The position numbers and the translations under genes are program-made. Under the pieces are notes generated by a model, which saw only the letters and a list, made by a program, of their open reading frames with translations, did not search any database and had not been told where the DNA came from. Positions 25,101 to 29,827 of a DNA stretch of 29,827 nt are shown in pieces. Positions within the stretch are counted from its first letter, which is position 1, and each line of letters starts with the position of its first letter. Origin of the DNA: Eledone cirrhosa (lineage: Eukaryota); assembly GCA_964016885.1 (NCBI GenBank), contig CAXHJY010001749.1, positions 1 through 29,827 of the forward strand, in the 5' to 3' direction.

Positions 25101-27775
25101 CAAGGAATGCCTCAACAGCATAAAGTGTTTCATCCAAGAGTGTCACCCTGACAACATCTTAATGATGGGGGACTTCAACCTCCCCGGAGTTGACTGGTCC
25201 ACAAACAGCCTGCCACCAGGTTCTTCTGCCTCAACCTCTGACAGGGAAGCTGTGGAATCGCTTCTTGACTTCATGGATGATTTCTTCCTATCCCAACTGG
25301 TGCTCGAACCAACGAGATGCCACAAAAACGTCCGAGACTTAATTTTCAGCAATCACACTGACAATATCCACAATATTGCAGTGGAGAAAACTCTACTCTC
25401 TGATCATGACATGGTTCTCTGTGATCTGAGATTCCACCGTCCAATATACAAACCCAATGTCATCTCTCCTGTCCATCCGTTTGACGCTATGGATTTCCAC
25501 AATGCAAACTGGGAAGCGATCAGTCATGATCTTGCACATGTCGACTGGTCCTTCACGCACACTCATACACCCACTAACATCAAAAAGTCCTGGCAGACAT
25601 TTGTGGACACTGTTACAAACATATGTGCTAAACACACCCCATTAAGAAATATAAACAAATCTAAGAGCAGAATCCCTAGAAATAGAAAAACGCTCATCAG
25701 AAAAATTAAGAGAACGAACCAAAAAATCAACAAGCTGAAATACTGTCAGCAGCAACACATCAACTTGACTGCCATTTCATCACTAGAGATTAAAAAACAT
25801 AACCTCCAAAACACCATAATGTCCCTCATCAACAATCAGAGAAGAGCTGAAGAGGCCTGGGCCATTGAGAAGATCAAACTCAATCCCAAAGTGTTCTTTT
25901 CATTTGCAAAAAAAACACAAAATCACTGGCTCTACTGTTGGCCCTCTAATTGATGAAAATGGCACTCTTCAAGACAATGCTAAAACCATGGGTGAGATAC
26001 TGCAGAAACAATACTGCTCTGTTTTCAGCAATCCTGATATGGCCGATCTGGGCTGTATCGGCGATGTTACTCCCCATTACACCTTATCGGACATAACGTT
26101 TGGCGCCCCTGATGTCTTGGCGGCAATAAAGGAAATCAAGCATAATTCAGCAGTAGGTCCCGATAGGTTCCCTGCTTGTGTCTTGAAGGCGTGTCAACAC
26201 CAACTTGCATCTCCTCTTGCCAATCTGTGGCGGAACTCACTGGATGCTGGATATGTGCCAGAAAACCTTCTATCCCAGTCTGTTGTCCCAGTTTTCAAAA
26301 AGGGAAACAAATCCCTTGCCGTGAATTACCGTCCAATCTCACTCACCTCTCATATCATTAAGGTATTTGAGCGAGTGGTGAGATCGCGAATGACCCACTT
26401 CCTTGAGAGTAACAATATGCTGAACTCCAACCAGCATGGATTCCGTAATGGAAGGGATTGCCTGACGCAGCTACTGCATCACTTTGATAACATTTTGAGA
26501 GCCTTGGGAGAGGGTTCCAACACTGATGTTATCTACCTTGATTTCAGCAAGGCCTTTGACAGGGTTGATCATAACATTCTACTGAGAAAGCTGTCCAATA
26601 TTGGTGTCACTGGAAAGCTGCTGCAGTGGATCAAGAGCTTCCTGTCAAACAGAACCCAACATGTTGTAGTTGAGGGAGTCAAATCAAGCCCAGCCAAAGT
26701 CAGTAGTGGGGTCCCACAAGGCACTGTGTTGGGCCCACTTCTCTTCATCATCTATATTAATGACATCACTGACATCATCAAACACAGCAACATTAAAATT
26801 TTCGCTGATGATTCCAAGCTCCAAAAGGTCATCAATGGCGTGGATGACCGGATAAGCCTTCAGTCAGACCTACTGGCTGTTACCCAATGGGCAGAAAAGA
26901 ACAACATGTTACTGAACGAAGACAAATTCGATCTGATCCACTTTGGAAAAGAGGATGCTCTGAAACTCCCGTACTCCCTTCCCTCCGGGGAAACTCTCGT
27001 GGCATCTAACAACATCAGAGACTTGGGAGTAACCGTGGACAGCAACATAAGCTGGACCACGCATATAAGCAGCAAAGTTGACATGGCCCGCAGAATGTGT
27101 TCCTGGATCCTCAGAACCTTCCAGTCGAGAGATTCCCGCACCATTATCCTTCTCTTCTCTACTTTCGCCCGACCACACCTTGAATACTGTTGTCCACTGT
27201 GGTCTCTCCACACGAAACAAAGTATCATGAAACTTGAAGCTCCTCAAAGGGCAATCACGAAAAAGATAGATGGCATGTCAGACCTTGACTACTGGGGTCG
27301 ATTAGAAAACCTGAAACTTTACTCACTCCAACGTCGCCGTGAGCGTTATATTATCTGCATGATGTGGAAAATGTTCCATCATCACTGCCCAAATGATGTT
27401 GGCATCGCCTTCAAGATACACCCAAGGCTTGGGCCCCGTGCTATCCGTCCCATTCAAAAATCTAAATCGCAACTCATAACAACAATACGGCACAATTATT
27501 TCACCTCAATCGGCCCTGCTCTCTTCAACATCACACCAGGACACGTCAAAACAGAAACTGACCACACAAAATTCAAGAAGTCTTTGGACAAATTCCTCCA
27601 AGTAATCCCGGACAAACCACCCACACCCGGATATGTCTCCGCAAACAGTAATTCTCTTCTCGAATGGGCCATGGTGCCCAAATCCTGAATTGAAAGACTT
27701 CGCCAGGTGGTGCTATTAAGTTAGACATGGCCTGGGCCAATACTGGCCAAAACATTTCAAAGTTATTCAAAGTTA
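25101..27775 (+). mobile_element. 5'-truncated CR1-like LINE (APE C-terminus + RT + short 3' UTR)
   Basis: APE motifs: MGDFNLPGVDW, EPTR, DLIFSN, SDHDMV. RT motifs: NYRPISLTS, QHGFR, YLDFSKAFD, SGVPQGTVLGP, FADD. C-terminal RPHLEYC and YSLQRRR. The 3' end carries TTCAAAGTTA twice before (TA)n. Confidence 0.9.
25102..27688 (+). pseudogene. CR1-like ORF2, 5'-truncated, one +1 frameshift
   Basis: Two overlapping ORFs (25069-25953 and 25865-27688) join if one A is removed from the A8 run at 25908-25915. Confidence 0.87.
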
Positions 27776-27808
27776 TATATATATATATACATATATATAT
27801 ACATATAC

Positions 27809-27899
<91 letters not shown>

Positions 27900-28003
27900 C
27901 ATACATATATATATATACATACATATATATATATATAAATACACACATATATATATATACATACATATATATATATATACATACATATATATATATATAC
28001 ATA

Positions 28004-28083
28004 CATCATCATCAACGTTTAACGTCCGTGTTCCACGCTTGCATGGGTTCGGACGGGGGTAGTCCCACTTGAGGCAAGAGTGA
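28004..28083 (-). mobile_element. Extreme 3' end (~80 bp) of the RTE LINE
   Basis: Matches 19360-19443, including the (GAT)n tail. Confidence 0.9.
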
Positions 28084-28390
28084 ATCCCAGGCTATTGCAA
28101 TACCTACTCCTTATTCTAGATGTGGAAGACGGGACCTTTGGCATCACACAGTGACGTCCTGTTCGACGGTTGGTCCAGCTCCGAATGCAAAGTTTGGTGC
28201 TAGTCCCTCCAGGATTTTCCACATGTAGATCACTGCGTATCTCTCCGTCTTCGTTCCAAGGAGTAGAGGTTCAGTTCCTTTAGCCTCTCCCAGTAGTTTG
28301 TCTCCTTCATCGTGGCAATCCTCTTGGTGTAGCTTCGCTGGATTGCCTCAAGCTCTGTGGTTAGTTTGACACTATGGGGTGACCACATAC
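28084..28390 (-). mobile_element. Fragment of a second CR1-like LINE family (ORF2 C-terminal region)
   Basis: [23 protein letters not shown]...[17 protein letters not shown] aligns by eye to WSLHTKQSIMKLEAPQRAITKKI...YWGRLENLKLYSLQRRR of the element at 25101-27775. Confidence 0.82.
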
Positions 28391-28459
<69 letters not shown>

Positions 28460-28485
28460 TATATACATATATGTATACATATATG

Positions 28486-28521
<36 letters not shown>

Positions 28522-28565
28522 CATATATATATACATATATATATACATATATGTATACATATATG

Positions 28566-28601
<36 letters not shown>

Positions 28602-28615
28602 CATATATATATACA

Positions 28616-28684
<69 letters not shown>

Positions 28685-28722
28685 ATATATACATATATAT
28701 ATATACATATATATATATATAC

Positions 28723-28753
<31 letters not shown>

Positions 28754-28923
28754 CATATATATATACATATATATATACATATATATTATACATATATATA
28801 TACATATATATATACATATATATATACATATATATATATACATATATATATACATATATATATATATACATATATATATACATACTATATATATATATAC
28901 CTATATATATATATATATATATA
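28391..28923. repeat. (TA)n/(TACA)n microsatellite
   Basis: Directly visible. Confidence 0.95.
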
Positions 28924-28996
28924 ATTGTTACACTTTGGGAGGGTCATGCTGCCAATAAGAAACACACGCACCTGGTGCATATACATATATATATAC

Positions 28997-29082
<86 letters not shown>

Positions 29083-29085
<3 letters not shown>

Positions 29086-29187
29086 TTGTTACACTTTGGG
29101 AGGGTCATGCTGCCAATAAGAAACCACCCGCACCTGGTGCTTGTGTTTTCTTATTGGCAGCATGACCCTCCCAAAGTGTAACAATAT
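29083..29187. repeat. 105-bp palindrome with 41-bp perfect arms; half-copy at 28924-28978
   Basis: Arms 29083-29123 and 29147-29187 are exact reverse complements. Confidence 0.9.
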
Positions 29188-29276
29188 CGGTTTCAACACA
29201 CGATTTCAGATAAAGAATCTTGCTAAACAAATTCAGAAAACGAAATATATATATATACATATATATATATATACAC

Positions 29277-29342
<66 letters not shown>

Positions 29343-29346
<4 letters not shown>

Positions 29347-29663
29347 TCATCATCATCATCATTTCATTTTACGTCCGCTTTTTCCCTGCTTGCAAGGTTG
29401 GACTTGAACTGATTCTGGCTTGATTTCTAACACCAACCTCATTTACAGTGAGTGCTGGGTGCTTTTTTGCCGTGGCACCTCCACAGCAACTTTGCAGTGG
29501 AGTGATATGGACCCCCAGTCCTATCGTCTCATTTCTACAGCTGAGTAAACTGGAGCAATGTGAAATAAAGTGTCTTGCTCAATGGAAACAACACATCACC
29601 CAGTCTGAGAATTGAACTCACAACCTTTTGATTGCAAGGCCTAATGCTCTAACCACTAAGCCA
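29343..29663 (-). mobile_element. tRNA-derived SINE with RTE-like tail (same family as 10619-10983)
   Basis: Reverse-complement match to 10648-10983 with an internal deletion, and a (GAT)n tail. Confidence 0.88.
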
Positions 29664-29706
29664 TATATATATACATACATATATACATATCATCATCATC
29701 ATCATC

Positions 29707-29757
<51 letters not shown>

Positions 29758-29827
29758 CATATGCTCTAACCACTAAGCCATATATATATACATACATATA
29801 TACATAATCATCATCATCATCATAATA

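Overview
Eukaryotic, gene-free repeat region. The SINE families and the (TA/TACA)n ground sequence suggest an octopod cephalopod (inference). About 40% of the window is a strand-polarised (TA)n/(TACA)n microsatellite, and almost everything else is retroelement DNA inserted into it. LINEs: five RTE-clade copies or fragments, including a near full-length copy with one in-frame stop and about 3.8 tandem ~495-bp 5' monomers, plus a nearly intact CR1-like LINE and a second CR1-like fragment. SINEs: three tRNA-derived copies, two of which share their 3' tail with the RTE LINE. Penelope-like elements (PLEs): a Naiad-like RT+GIY-YIG element split into two opposed halves with a long Asn-rich insert, and a second GIY-YIG element with a ~530-bp fold-back. 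The most notable signal is absent from the ORF track: four type-I hammerhead ribozyme motifs of two families with palindromic minimal helix III. One lies in a ~498-bp partially tandem, 5'-inverted non-coding unit (retrozyme-like) that also carries an octamer motif. Three belong to a ~170-bp module that ends the second PLE and also occurs alone. No host gene is supported, and the long Y/I/H/T ORFs are microsatellite artefacts.
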